This document shows positions 9,680 to 19,783 of a DNA stretch of 64,000 nucleotides, piece by piece. The notes under the pieces were generated by a model that did no database searches, was not told the DNA's origin, and saw only the letters and a list, made by a program, of their open reading frames with translations. Origin of the DNA: Candidatus Dormibacteria bacterium (GTDB taxonomy: Bacteria > Chloroflexota > Dormibacteria > Aeolococcales > Aeolococcaceae); assembly GCA_050011555.1 (NCBI GenBank), contig JBEKIT010000002.1:22253-86252 (forward strand), in the 5' to 3' direction. Numbering within the stretch: position 1 is the first letter of the stretch; every line of letters starts with the position of its first letter. The translations under genes and the position numbers were made by a program.

Positions 9680-9863
9680 CTGGTCACCTCCGTCTCGGGC
9701 CGCCGGGTCGTCTCTCCCGTGGCGCCGGTCCCCGCTCGCGCGGCCCCGATCGGTACCCGAACGCCATCCCCCGGCCGCGCGGACGCGATGATAGCAGCGT
9801 TCGGTGACGGCCGGGATCGTCCCGAACGCGTCACACCGCGCGAGCCGGGGAATTCCGTGACGA
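9680..9863 (-). promoter_or_regulatory. rml operon upstream and leader region, with three copies of an 8-9-bp element that can form mutually exclusive hairpins
   Basis: CCGAACGC at 9757-9764, GCGTTCGG at 9797-9804, and CCGAACGCG at 9822-9830. The middle element can pair with either neighbour. The region also lies downstream of the convergent stop of the 9864 gene. Confidence 0.3.
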
Positions 9864-12341
9864 TCAGACCACTGGCGGAAGCTGGAACCAGCCTGCCACG
9901 TCGACGATGGCGTCGATGCTGCCCTGGTTGTTGTAGAGGTCGACCTCCCCCGCGTTTCCCCCGGTGGCGGGGAGCTGGACGATCACGAGGTTGGGGGTGT
10001 TCTGCTGCGGGCTGACATTGAGGTCGCTCGCATTGGGGAGCGAGACGTTGGCCGGGTAGAGGGTGAAGTAGGTGAAAGCCGAGCCCGAAACCGCCGTGAC
10101 GTTGGCGATCACCGCCACCGGCGGGGTGGCGCCACCGTCCGCCGGAAGGCTGTCGACCCCTGCCACCGGGATGGTCAGGGTGCCACCCTGGGTGAGGGTC
10201 GCGTCCGAGCACTCGGTTGAGTAGTTCACCGCGAGCTCATCGCGGGTGTCGCAGATCCGGAGCGGGCTGACCGCATAGAACTCCGCGCCCTGGGTGCTCT
10301 CACTCCCGTTGCCGAACCAGCCGTTGACGTCGAGGATGAAGTTGATCGACCCCAGCGAGTTGTAGACGCAGACGTCGTTGGCCGGTCCCAGGGGCACGAT
10401 CACCCGGTTGGGGAGATTGGTCTGGGCGTTCACGTTGACGTTGGAGAACTGGGGCGTCCCGCTCGGGCAGGTGCCACCGGCTCCGGCAGGCTCCACCGCC
10501 ATGTAGGTGAGCGAGGTCCCCGAGACCGCGGTCAGGTTGAGGGCCACCGCCGCCGCGTCCGTGGCCGGCACCGATGGGGTGCAGGTGGGATCGCCGGTGG
10601 GGCAGCCGGAGACCACCACCCTTGTCCACTGGCCGGGGCCCAACGGGTTCCCGGAGCAGGCGGTGCCCGTCCCCGAGCGGCTGTCGCAGATCCGCAGCGG
10701 GGAGATGGGGTGGAAGAGCCCGGGGATCGACGAGGAGCCCGAGGGCGCGGCGAAGTATCCCTCGACGTCGACCGCGACGTTGATGGAGCCGAGCGAGTTG
10801 TAGATGCTCACCTGGCCGCCAGCTCCCAGGGCGACCACCACCAGGTTGGCCTGGTTGGTCGCCGCGTTGACGTTGATATTGGACGCGGTGGGCACGGCCG
10901 ATCCGGCCGGGAAAGCGGTCAGGAAGGTGCCCGCGGTGCCGCTGATGGCGGTGACGTTGAGGACCACCGACTGGGCGTCGCTAGGCACCGGCTCCGACCC
11001 GACCCCGGTCACCTGGAAGGTCATGGTCGCGCCCTGGCCGAGAGGCCCGTCCGACGAGCACTCCGTCGAGTACCCGGTCACCGCTGCGGTGCGCGTGTCG
11101 CAGATCCGGGAGGGTGAAAGAGCCGTGTACGCGGTCGCGACCGGCTGGTACGTCTGCTCGATCAGGGCCTGGCCCGAGTTCCAGTCCACCCCGACGGCGA
11201 TGCAGTCGGCGGCGGAGATGCAGGCGGGCTGGACCAGCTCGGCGTTATCGCTCGGGCTGGGGCTGTAGGCGAGGCTCCAACTCGTCCCGTTGTACTGCTC
11301 GATGAGCGTGAATTGCTCGTTGCTGCTGTCTAGGTAGTAGCCGACGGCCCAGCAGTCACTGGCTGAGGCGCACGTCACGCCGAAGTGGACGCCGTTGACG
11401 CTGCTGGGCGGGTTGGGGCTGGCGACGGTGCTCCAGCTCGACCCGCCGTACTGCTGGGTCAGGGTGAACCAGTAGCCGCTGCTGTCCGCATACTGGCCTA
11501 CCGCCCAGCAGTCGCTGGTCGACACGCAGGTCACGCCGAAGAGACCCGACTGGGCGCTGCCCGCCGGGCCGGGGTTGGTGGCGATGCTCCAGCTCGACCC
11601 CGTGTACTCCTCGGTGAGGGAGGTGGAGTTCCCGGAGTTGTCGGTGGAGTAGCCCACCGCCCAGCACTCGCTGGCCGAGGCGCAGGCCACGCCGTTGAGG
11701 ACGGAGTACGGGCTTCCCACCACGCTGAGGCTGGAGACGAGGTCCCAGGCGCTCCCCGTGTACTGCTCGGTCAGGGTGTAGGTCGTATCGTTGCTGTCCG
11801 CGTAGTTGCCGACGGCCCAGCAGTCGTCCGCCGAGAGACAGGTCACGGCCGCAAATTCGGAGTACGGCGCGCGCCCGGGTGCGGGGGCGGTCGAGACGAC
11901 GCTCCAGCTCGTGCCGTTGTACTGCTCGATGAGCGCGGACGGGTCCAACGCGCCTCCTGACAAACCCACCGCCCAGCAGTCGTCGACACCCACGCAGGAG
12001 ACCTGAGCCAGGTAGGCGCCGCCGCTGACGGCGGGGCTGCCGACGACGCTCCAGCTCGTGCCGTTGTACTGCTCGACCAGGGCGGTCGAGTCGAGGATTG
12101 ATCCCACGAACCCGACCGCCCAGCAGTCGTCGGCGTTGACGCAGGTGATCCCGGACAGGAAGGAGTTCGCGACCTGCGGGCTCGCGACCGTGGTCCAAAG
12201 GGTGGGTCCCACCGGCACAGCGCCTGCCTCCGCTCGCTGCGGACGTGCAAGGCTCAGTCCCGCCGAGGCCGCCGCGACGACGGCCGCCACGAGCAGCCCC
12301 CGGGTCAGCAGACCCCACCTTCGATTCTGTGTGATCGCCAC
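9864..12341 (-). CDS. Secreted repeat protein: signal peptide, about 9 'DCWAVG' ~50-aa repeats (putative beta-propeller), and a C-terminal triplicated GWFQ module (subfamily 1)
   Basis: GTG at 12341 is preceded by GGAGGA with a 6-nt spacer. Signal-like RRWGLLTRGLLVAAVVAAASAGLSLA. Repeats VTCxSxxDCWAVG...EQYNGTSWS. Three C-terminal repeats of about 130 aa (..SPLRICDTR..VLNVTAISGTAGTFLT..PTASNLN..GSINxxVDVxGWF). Ends ..VAGWFQLPPVV. Confidence 0.7.
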   Translation of the reverse strand: MAITQNRRWGLLTRGLLVAAVVAAASAGLSLARPQRAEAGAVPVGPTLWTTVASPQVANSFLSGITCVNADDCWAVGFVGSILDSTALVEQYNGTSWSVVGSPAVSGGAYLAQVSCVGVDDCWAVGLSGGALDPSALIEQYNGTSWSVVSTAPAPGRAPYSEFAAVTCLSADDCWAVGNYADSNDTTYTLTEQYTGSAWDLVSSLSVVGSPYSVLNGVACASASECWAVGYSTDNSGNSTSLTEEYTGSSWSIATNPGPAGSAQSGLFGVTCVSTSDCWAVGQYADSSGYWFTLTQQYGGSSWSTVASPNPPSSVNGVHFGVTCASASDCWAVGYYLDSSNEQFTLIEQYNGTSWSLAYSPSPSDNAELVQPACISAADCIAVGVDWNSGQALIEQTYQPVATAYTALSPSRICDTRTAAVTGYSTECSSDGPLGQGATMTFQVTGVGSEPVPSDAQSVVLNVTAISGTAGTFLTAFPAGSAVPTASNINVNAATNQANLVVVALGAGGQVSIYNSLGSINVAVDVEGYFAAPSGSSSIPGLFHPISPLRICDSRSGTGTACSGNPLGPGQWTRVVVSGCPTGDPTCTPSVPATDAAAVALNLTAVSGTSLTYMAVEPAGAGGTCPSGTPQFSNVNVNAQTNLPNRVIVPLGPANDVCVYNSLGSINFILDVNGWFGNGSESTQGAEFYAVSPLRICDTRDELAVNYSTECSDATLTQGGTLTIPVAGVDSLPADGGATPPVAVIANVTAVSGSAFTYFTLYPANVSLPNASDLNVSPQQNTPNLVIVQLPATGGNAGEVDLYNNQGSIDAIVDVAGWFQLPPVV

Positions 12342-12634
12342 CTGATGTCCTCCTGAGCCCCAGATGTTCGATTCGAGACGCCCCGGCACGATGAGACGCC
12401 CCTGCGACGCTCCGCGACGCCTGGCGCCCTGTCGCAGGGGAGCGCTCAGGGAATGGGAGGCCGCGCGGAGTATGTGCCGCCGCACTCGGGGCCCACAAGT
12501 GCCCCCGACACATGTGCAGGCACCAACCTCGGCTTCCAGGATCCCCGGCGGCGTGGTCGGAGGCGTCGCGAGCCGCGCGCCCATGGTAGGCTCGCTGGGC
12601 CTTGCGCATCCTCCAGGGCTGAAGGATCACGTCC

Positions 12635-15600
12635 ATGCTCACGTCGCACCCGCCGAGGCGCTTCCTCACGACCGGCACCGCCCGCCTGGGTCTCGCCGCC
12701 CTGCTGGCCGCCGGCGCCCTCGCCGGAGGGCCCGCCATCTCCGGACTCCCCGCGACGGCGGCGGCTCAGCAGCCGGCCGGATCTCCGCGCTCCGGTGTGG
12801 TCAGCCCCCAGCACCCCGCACCGCTTCCGCACGCGACCGGCACCGTCCCGGACGGCTTGGGGGCGGTCCAGGAGAGCCCGCTACGGACGCCCTCGGGCAG
12901 CCGAGCGTCGTCGCTCGCCACCTCCAATCTGGGATCGGCGAGCGCGCCCCTCCCACTCCAGGCGTGGGTGGGGACCAGCCTCAGCGGGGAGACCAGCGCC
13001 TTCGGCTCCGACCAGGCGGGCGTCGCGCCTCCCGACCCGGACGTGGCGGTCAGCGGGCAGTGGGTGGTCGAGACCACCAACCAGTCCCTCTACGTGCGTC
13101 AGCGCAGCGGCGCCGCCTACCCCGATCAGCCCGGCGCCGCCTGCCCGCCGCCCGGCCCGGGCTCGCCGAACTACGCCCAGTACAGCCTGACTGGCTGCGA
13201 CGAGATCGACCTCAACAACTTCGTCGAATCCAACGGGTGGGAGCTCAGCGATCCCCGAGTCGTCTACGACCCCGGGGCGGGGCAGTTCTACCTCTCCTTC
13301 TTCGTCACCACCACCCCGAACGCCAGCACCTCCTGCCTGCCGGGCTACCCGGTCGGCGCCACCTGCAGCCGCTTCTACCTCTTCCACACCGAGGATGGGG
13401 ACCCGACCGGCCAGTGGGAGGGCTACTTCTTCGACTCGTACTACGCGGACACCATCACCGACCAGCCGATGGTCGGCTTCTCCAGCGACAAGATCGGGGT
13501 CTCGTGGGACGAGTTCGACGTCGCGAACCACCTCTGGGTGGGCGACGAGTACTTCGTCCTCTCCAAGGCGACGTTCCTCGCGAACGCCCCAAACTCGGAT
13601 CCCGTCATCGACCCCCAGTCCACCCAGCTCGGTGCACCCTCCACGAACTTCTTCAGCCTGTTCCCGGTGTCCGACCTCTCCAGCGGATCGACCCTCTACT
13701 TCGTCAGCAACAACGGCTCCGATGACCTCCCCTCATCGCCGCCGGGCCCCTCCATCTTCGTCCTCGGCGTGACCGGGAACACCCCGGCCACCATCGCTCA
13801 GACCTACCACTACCCATCGACCGCGGAATCCTCGGCCCCGCCCGCGGCACTCCAGAAGGGGAGCTCGGACACCATCGACACCGACGACGACCGCATCGAC
13901 GGTGGGGTCTGGAGCAACGGGATCCTCTGGACCGGCTTCGACGCCGCCTGCACCCCGACCGGTGACACCACCGAGCGGGCCTGCATCCGCTACATCGAGA
14001 TCACCACGACAACCTTCGGCGTGCCGGAGGACGACAGCTACGGGGTCTCCGGGACCTACGTCTACTACCCCTCCTTCGGGATCGACCCGAACGGCGACCT
14101 GATGAGCACCTTCACCAGCTCCAGCAGCACCTCCTACCCGACCGTCGTGGCGATGGGCCTCCCCGCCGGCCAGACCCTCCTCTCCGCGCCGGAGACCCTG
14201 CTGACGGGCAGCGGGCCGTATGCCGACCCGAGCACCACGGACGGTGTCTGCAGCATCGACAACGACCCGGTGACCGACACCACCGCCTGCCGCTACGGCG
14301 ACTACGGTGCGGGTGCCACGGACCCGGAGTATCCGGAGGACTTCTGGTTCGTCAACGAGGTCCAGCTCGATGGCAGCAACTCGGCTGACTGGGGGACCGA
14401 GATCGGGGAGCTGACCTACTCCGGGCCCTCGATCACCAGCTTCGACCCCGCCGTCGGCCCGACCACCGGGGGCGTCACCGTCACTGTCGAAGGCACCGAC
14501 TTCGCGCTCGGTACCACCTTCAGCTTCAACGGCGCGTCGACGGCGATCACCAACCTCACCCCCGAGTCGTTCACCTTCACAGCACCCGCCCATGCTGCGG
14601 GCACGGTCACGGGGGCCGCGACCGACTCCTTCGGCACCAGCTCGCCGGCAACCTCCTACCTCTACGTCGGGCCATCCCGCTACCAGCCGCTCGCGCCCTA
14701 CCGGGTGCTCGACACGCGTTCCGCCACCTGCGTGCAGTGCGCGGGCGGAGCAATCGGGTCGGCTCAGACGCGTACGATCCAGGTCGGTGGCTACACCCCA
14801 CCCGGCTACAGCGGGACCATCGTCCCCGCCGGGGCTACGGCGGTGGTGCTCAACGTCACCGCGGTGAGCGGGACTGCCGGCACCTTCCTCACCGTCTTCC
14901 CCGCCGGTGGGGCGGTCCCCACCGCCTCCAACCTGAACACGCCCGCGTCCACCAACATCGCCAACCTGGTGACCGTCGCCCTCGGTGCCTCCAGCGGAAG
15001 TCCGGGGTACGTCAGCATCTACAACGCGGTGGGCACCATCGACGTGGTTGCCGATGTGGAGGGCTACTACTTCACCGGCGGCAGCGGCTCCGCCGGTGAG
15101 TTCCACGCCCTCTCCCCGCCCGTGCGCGTGTGCGACTCGCGGGGGAATCAGGGTACTCCGGGGACGCTGTGCAGCGGAGCCGGCGGCGCCAGCGACCCTC
15201 TCGCCTCCGGGCAGAGCCGTCTGGTCGCGGTGACCGACGGCACCACGGGTGTCTCGACCTCGGGTGACGCCGCAGCGGCGGTGCTCAACCTGACCGCTGT
15301 GAGCGGGACGGCGGGCACGTTCCTCACCGTGTACCCACCCACCCCCGACGGCGGCAGCCCCCCCACCTGCGGCTCGCCGCCGAACGCGTCCAACCTCAAC
15401 ATCCCCGCCGGTACCAACCAGCCCAACCGGGTGATCGCCCAGGTCGTCCAGTTCGATGGGACGGGATACGTCTGCGTCTTCAACGACCTCGGCACCATCA
15501 ACTTCATCATCGACGTCAGCGGCTGGTTCGGCAACGGCACTGACACGGGAGGCGCGCTCTTCTACCCGCTCGGCCCGTCGCGCATCTGCGACACCCGATT

Positions 15601-15925
15601 CGGCTCGGAGACGGAGTGCGCCGGCGACGCTCTGGGCTCCGGCGGCAGCGAGTCCGTCCAGGTCGAGGGCGCCGGCCCACTGCCCGACTCCGGCATCGTT
15701 GCGCTCGTCGCCAACGTCACGGCGGTGAGCGGTACCGCCGCCACCTTCCTCACCGTCTACCCCGCCTCCGGCTCACCGCCCGTGACCTCCGACCTCAACC
15801 CGCCCGCTCAAACCAACATCGCCAACCTGGTCATCGTCGCGGTCGCCGCCGACGGCCGGGTCGACGTCTACAACTCGCTGGGCAGCATCAACTTCATCAT
15901 CGACGCCGTCGGCTGGTTCCAGTAG
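12635..15925 (+). CDS. Secreted protein (1096 aa): unknown N-terminal domain of about 600 aa, an IPT/TIG domain, and a C-terminal triplicated GWFQ module (subfamily 2)
   Basis: Signal peptide MLTSHPPRRFLTTGTARLGLAALLAAGALAG. IPT-like PSITSFDPAVGPTTGGVTVTVEGTDF. Three repeats start at YQPLAPYRVLDTR. Ends ..IIDAVGWFQ. Confidence 0.7.
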   Translation: MLTSHPPRRFLTTGTARLGLAALLAAGALAGGPAISGLPATAAAQQPAGSPRSGVVSPQHPAPLPHATGTVPDGLGAVQESPLRTPSGSRASSLATSNLGSASAPLPLQAWVGTSLSGETSAFGSDQAGVAPPDPDVAVSGQWVVETTNQSLYVRQRSGAAYPDQPGAACPPPGPGSPNYAQYSLTGCDEIDLNNFVESNGWELSDPRVVYDPGAGQFYLSFFVTTTPNASTSCLPGYPVGATCSRFYLFHTEDGDPTGQWEGYFFDSYYADTITDQPMVGFSSDKIGVSWDEFDVANHLWVGDEYFVLSKATFLANAPNSDPVIDPQSTQLGAPSTNFFSLFPVSDLSSGSTLYFVSNNGSDDLPSSPPGPSIFVLGVTGNTPATIAQTYHYPSTAESSAPPAALQKGSSDTIDTDDDRIDGGVWSNGILWTGFDAACTPTGDTTERACIRYIEITTTTFGVPEDDSYGVSGTYVYYPSFGIDPNGDLMSTFTSSSSTSYPTVVAMGLPAGQTLLSAPETLLTGSGPYADPSTTDGVCSIDNDPVTDTTACRYGDYGAGATDPEYPEDFWFVNEVQLDGSNSADWGTEIGELTYSGPSITSFDPAVGPTTGGVTVTVEGTDFALGTTFSFNGASTAITNLTPESFTFTAPAHAAGTVTGAATDSFGTSSPATSYLYVGPSRYQPLAPYRVLDTRSATCVQCAGGAIGSAQTRTIQVGGYTPPGYSGTIVPAGATAVVLNVTAVSGTAGTFLTVFPAGGAVPTASNLNTPASTNIANLVTVALGASSGSPGYVSIYNAVGTIDVVADVEGYYFTGGSGSAGEFHALSPPVRVCDSRGNQGTPGTLCSGAGGASDPLASGQSRLVAVTDGTTGVSTSGDAAAAVLNLTAVSGTAGTFLTVYPPTPDGGSPPTCGSPPNASNLNIPAGTNQPNRVIAQVVQFDGTGYVCVFNDLGTINFIIDVSGWFGNGTDTGGALFYPLGPSRICDTRFGSETECAGDALGSGGSESVQVEGAGPLPDSGIVALVANVTAVSGTAATFLTVYPASGSPPVTSDLNPPAQTNIANLVIVAVAADGRVDVYNSLGSINFIIDAVGWFQ

Positions 15926-15941
15926 GGCACAATCTGAGGGC

Positions 15942-18602
15942 ATGCGGCGCCTGCTCCTCGGCCTCGCACTGCTCGCCCTGGTTCCGGCAGGCGCCACTGC
16001 GGCGAACTGGCCCACCTACCACGGCGACAACACGCGGCAGGGCTACGACGGCAGTGACCCCGGGTTGGCCAGCCCGACCCGCGCGTGGACGTCCCCCGAG
16101 CTCGACGGGCAGGTCTACGCGCAGCCGCTCGTCGAGGGGACGCAGGTCATCGTCGCCACCGAGAACAACACGGTGTACTCACTGAATGCGGCGAGTGGTG
16201 CTATCGAGTGGTCCACCAATCTCGGCACGCCGCGCACCACGGCGATCCTCTGTGGCGATATCAACCCGCAGGGGATCACCTCCACACCCGTCATCGACGG
16301 CGGCAACATCTATGTGGTTGCCAATATCCAGACCGGGTCGTCCACCTTCTACTTCGAGCTGGCCAGCCTCAGCCTGGCCACCGGGAGCGTGAGCTGGACC
16401 GCGAACGTGGACCCGACCGACACCAGCAACCCCTCCGGCATCACCTGGAGCTCGGAGGCCCTCGCGATGGAGGACCGCGGTGCGCTGCTCGTCACCGACG
16501 GGCTGGTGCTGATCCCGATGGGGGGTAACGACGGGGACTGCGGCGGCTACCACGGCTACGTGGTCAGCTACCCGGAGACGGGACCGGGCACGGGGAGCCT
16601 GGCGTGGTGGGCGTCCAGCGAGGTGGACGCAGGGGACAGTCAGGGCGCGATCTGGGCCGCCGGGGGGCTCTCCGAGGACGCCGACGGGTATGTCTATGCC
16701 GGCACCGGGAACAGCAACCACGACCAGTCGACCGACGCCTACGACTACGGCGACGGGGTGATCAAGCTCGACCCCACCGATCTCGCCCCAGGTGCACCGG
16801 TCGATTACTTCGCCCCCTCGAACTGGTACCAGGACAACGCCAACGACGAGGACCTGGGCTCGAGCACCCCGCTGCAGCTTCCCGGTGACCGGATCTTCCA
16901 GGTCGGCAAGTCGGGGATCGGGTACCTCCTCAACAGCACCGACCTGGGCCACATCGGCGGCCAGCTCGCGGAGCATCAGCTCTGCCACGCCACCAGCGAC
17001 GCCGCCTTTGGAAGCCTCGCCTATGCCGCCAGCGTGGTGTTTGTCGGCTGCAGCGACGGGCTGGCCGCGGTCCAGATCGCGGCCAGCGGGGACGATTTCT
17101 CGCCGCTCTGGTACAACACCAGCGACGTCGCCACCCACCCTCCGACCGTGGCCGGCGGAATGGTCTGGTCGGTCAGCGCCGGCGGCGGCCAGCTGCTGGG
17201 CCTCTCAGCGACCACCGGGGTCCTGGAGGACAGCCTGAGCATCACGGGCTCCAACTCCAACCACTTCACCACCCCGACCGCCTCCGATGACCAGCTGTAC
17301 GTGGCGGCCGGCACCGCCGTCGACGCTTTCACCGGGAGCCCGCCACCGGCCACGCGCTATCAACCGCTGTCCCCCTACCGGGTCCTGGACACCCGCTCGG
17401 CCACCTGCGTCCAGTGCACGGGCGGTGCCCTCGGGGGGGGCCAGACGCGCACCATCCAGGTCGGCGGCTACACCCCACCCGGCTACGGCGGGAGCGTCGT
17501 CCCCGCCGGGGCGGTGGCGGTCGTGCTCAACCTCACCGCGGTCAGCGGGACCCAGGGCACCTTCCTCACCGTCTTCCCCGCAGGGGAGGCGGTCCCCAAC
17601 GCCTCCAACCTGAACACCCCGGCCCGCGACAACGTCGCCAACCTGGTGACCGTGGCCGTCGGCACGTCGGGCGGCAATCCCGGTTACGCCAGCATCTTCA
17701 ACGACGCCGGCACCATCGACGTGGTGGCCGACGTGGAGGGCTACTACTTCAGCGGCGGGTCCGGATCCTCGGGCGAGTTCCACGCTCTCTCCCCGCCCAT
17801 CCGGGTCTGCGACTCGCGCGGCGACCAGGGCACCCCCGGCACGCTGTGCGCCGGCACCGGCGGGAGCAGCGACCCGCTCAGCGCGGGCGAGGCCCGCCTG
17901 GTGGCGGTCACGGACGGCGCCACCGGCGTCTCCACCTCGGGTGACGCCGAGGCCGCGGTGCTCAACCTCACGGCCGTCAGCGGCACGGCGGGCACGTTCC
18001 TCACCGTGTACCCGCCCACGTCGAGCGGCAGCGGTCCGCCCACCTGTGGCACGCCCCCGACCGCGTCCACTCTCAACGTCCCGGCCAACACCAACCAGCC
18101 CAACCGGGTGATCGCCACGGTGGTCCAGTCCGGCGGCACCGGCTACGTCTGCATCTTCAACGATCTCGGGATCATCAACGTGGTGGTCGACGTCAGCGGC
18201 TGGTTCGGCAACGGCTCGGACACCGGGGGAACCCTCTTCCACCCACTCACCCCGACGCACATCTGCGACACCCGGCCGGGGCAGGACGTCGTCTGCGAGG
18301 GCGAGACGCTGGCAGGTGGCGCCACCGACTCCGTCCAGGTGGCTGGGGTGGGACCACTACCCGCGACGGGCGTCATGGCCTTGGTCGCCAACCTGACGGC
18401 GGTGAGCGGCACCGCGGGCACGTATCTCACCGCCTATCCGGACTCCGCGTCGCGGCCGACGACGTCCGACCTCAACCCGCCCGCTCAGACCAACATCGCC
18501 AACCTGGTCATGGTCGCGGTCGCGACCGACGGCAGGGTCGACGTCTACAACTCGTTGGGCAGCATCAACTTCATCGTCGATGCCGTCGGCTGGTTCCAGT
18601 AG
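15942..18602 (+). CDS. Secreted protein: PQQ-like (BamB/quinoprotein-type) beta-propeller plus a C-terminal triplicated GWFQ module (subfamily 2)
   Basis: Signal peptide MRRLLLGLALLALVPAGATAANWPTYHGDNTRQGY and repeated ..VYAQPLV..TVYSLNAASGAIEW.. propeller blades. The C-terminal 415 aa are about 85% identical to the C-terminus of the upstream gene. Confidence 0.7.
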   Translation: MRRLLLGLALLALVPAGATAANWPTYHGDNTRQGYDGSDPGLASPTRAWTSPELDGQVYAQPLVEGTQVIVATENNTVYSLNAASGAIEWSTNLGTPRTTAILCGDINPQGITSTPVIDGGNIYVVANIQTGSSTFYFELASLSLATGSVSWTANVDPTDTSNPSGITWSSEALAMEDRGALLVTDGLVLIPMGGNDGDCGGYHGYVVSYPETGPGTGSLAWWASSEVDAGDSQGAIWAAGGLSEDADGYVYAGTGNSNHDQSTDAYDYGDGVIKLDPTDLAPGAPVDYFAPSNWYQDNANDEDLGSSTPLQLPGDRIFQVGKSGIGYLLNSTDLGHIGGQLAEHQLCHATSDAAFGSLAYAASVVFVGCSDGLAAVQIAASGDDFSPLWYNTSDVATHPPTVAGGMVWSVSAGGGQLLGLSATTGVLEDSLSITGSNSNHFTTPTASDDQLYVAAGTAVDAFTGSPPPATRYQPLSPYRVLDTRSATCVQCTGGALGGGQTRTIQVGGYTPPGYGGSVVPAGAVAVVLNLTAVSGTQGTFLTVFPAGEAVPNASNLNTPARDNVANLVTVAVGTSGGNPGYASIFNDAGTIDVVADVEGYYFSGGSGSSGEFHALSPPIRVCDSRGDQGTPGTLCAGTGGSSDPLSAGEARLVAVTDGATGVSTSGDAEAAVLNLTAVSGTAGTFLTVYPPTSSGSGPPTCGTPPTASTLNVPANTNQPNRVIATVVQSGGTGYVCIFNDLGIINVVVDVSGWFGNGSDTGGTLFHPLTPTHICDTRPGQDVVCEGETLAGGATDSVQVAGVGPLPATGVMALVANLTAVSGTAGTYLTAYPDSASRPTTSDLNPPAQTNIANLVMVAVATDGRVDVYNSLGSINFIVDAVGWFQ

Positions 18603-18675
18603 GGCGCCGGCCGCGCAGAGCGGGCCGGCGGCGGTCACGGGATGGCACATCCCGGTGATGGACCCGTAACGATGG

Positions 18676-18704
18676 CGTCTCCGTCGGTTGACATCACGGA
18701 GACG
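18676..18704. terminator. Inverted repeat (8-bp stem, 13-nt loop) downstream of the 15942-18602 gene. Candidate terminator or regulatory hairpin. The loop contains TTGACA.
   Basis: CGTCTCCG tcggttgacatca CGGAGACG. Confidence 0.25.
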
Positions 18705-18720
18705 TACGGGGCGTCCCCAT

Positions 18721-19752
18721 ATGGTGGGGGGCGCTGTGGGATGGCATGTCCGACCCCTCCGACGCCTGCTCGCCATGCTGCTGCCCGTGGCTTTGGCAGC
18801 CGCGATCGTCACCACGTCGCAGCCCGCACGGGCCGCCACGATACCCTGGGGAACCGTCCTGGTGCCGGGGTCGGCGTGGGCCGGCTCGTACGCATCGCTC
18901 GGCGACCTCAACGTCTACAGCAATGGGGATGGTGACGAGGATGTCTGGGGATCGTACGGGTGGGAGTACGAGTGCTTCGAGCTGGCGGCGCGCTGGGCCG
19001 ACATCGCCTATGGAGATCCGCCCTTCGGCTGGAACGCCGCCTACGCCTATCAGATGTACGCGACCGGCCCCTACCAGAACCCCCCCTTCCTGCAGCAGCC
19101 CAATGGCGGCAGCTACGCCCCGCAGTTCGGTGACCTGCTGGTGTTCGACCAGACCTCGTTCGACCCGAGCGGCCACGTCGCGGTGGTCACGAGCGTCAGC
19201 GACGGTTACGTGAACATCGTCGAGCAGAACTGGGGTGATCCCGACCCCACCGGCTACGCCTCGCTCCCCATCGGCGGTGACGTCAACGGGGTCTGGGACC
19301 CGACCTACATGCCGCCGCGCTGGGGGCTGCCCATCCTCGGCTGGCTGCAATCGAGCGTGCTTCGCCAGGGCGTCGCCGGATCGGGTGCGACGCTCCCCTC
19401 CGCCTCGCCCACATCCGGGGCCGAGCCCTCCTCGCGGATCACCCCGCCCACCCCGACCGCGATGGGCTCGCCGGTGCCCACGACGGCACCCTCGAGTGAC
19501 CCGACCATCGGGACCGTGGGCCCGGGGACCTCGTCCGGCTCGGGCACCGATCCCGCGGTGCCCCTCCCGCCGTGCGATTGCACCTGGGGAACGCAGTTCC
19601 TGCCCACCGGTCAGGTGGTGTCCGGTTCCGGCAGTGGGTCGCATCCGCTCCCATCGACGCCTTCGCTGACGGCGAGGGCGTCGCCGTCGGACATCCCCCC
19701 GGGCATCAGCACGCTGCCGCCGACCAATGAGCCGCAGCCCCGGATCGAGTGA
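18721..19752 (+). CDS. Secreted CHAP-domain amidase/peptidase with a C-terminal Pro/Ser/Thr-rich tail
   Basis: Signal peptide ..LRRLLAMLLPVALAAAIVTTSQPARA. CHAP-like core (..YECFELAARW..GDLLVF..GHVAVVTSV..). The tail is rich in P/S/T/G. The start could instead be at 18688. Confidence 0.6.
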   Translation: MVGGAVGWHVRPLRRLLAMLLPVALAAAIVTTSQPARAATIPWGTVLVPGSAWAGSYASLGDLNVYSNGDGDEDVWGSYGWEYECFELAARWADIAYGDPPFGWNAAYAYQMYATGPYQNPPFLQQPNGGSYAPQFGDLLVFDQTSFDPSGHVAVVTSVSDGYVNIVEQNWGDPDPTGYASLPIGGDVNGVWDPTYMPPRWGLPILGWLQSSVLRQGVAGSGATLPSASPTSGAEPSSRITPPTPTAMGSPVPTTAPSSDPTIGTVGPGTSSGSGTDPAVPLPPCDCTWGTQFLPTGQVVSGSGSGSHPLPSTPSLTARASPSDIPPGISTLPPTNEPQPRIE

Positions 19753-19783
19753 GCAGCGCAAGGCCGACTCCGCGAGACATACG

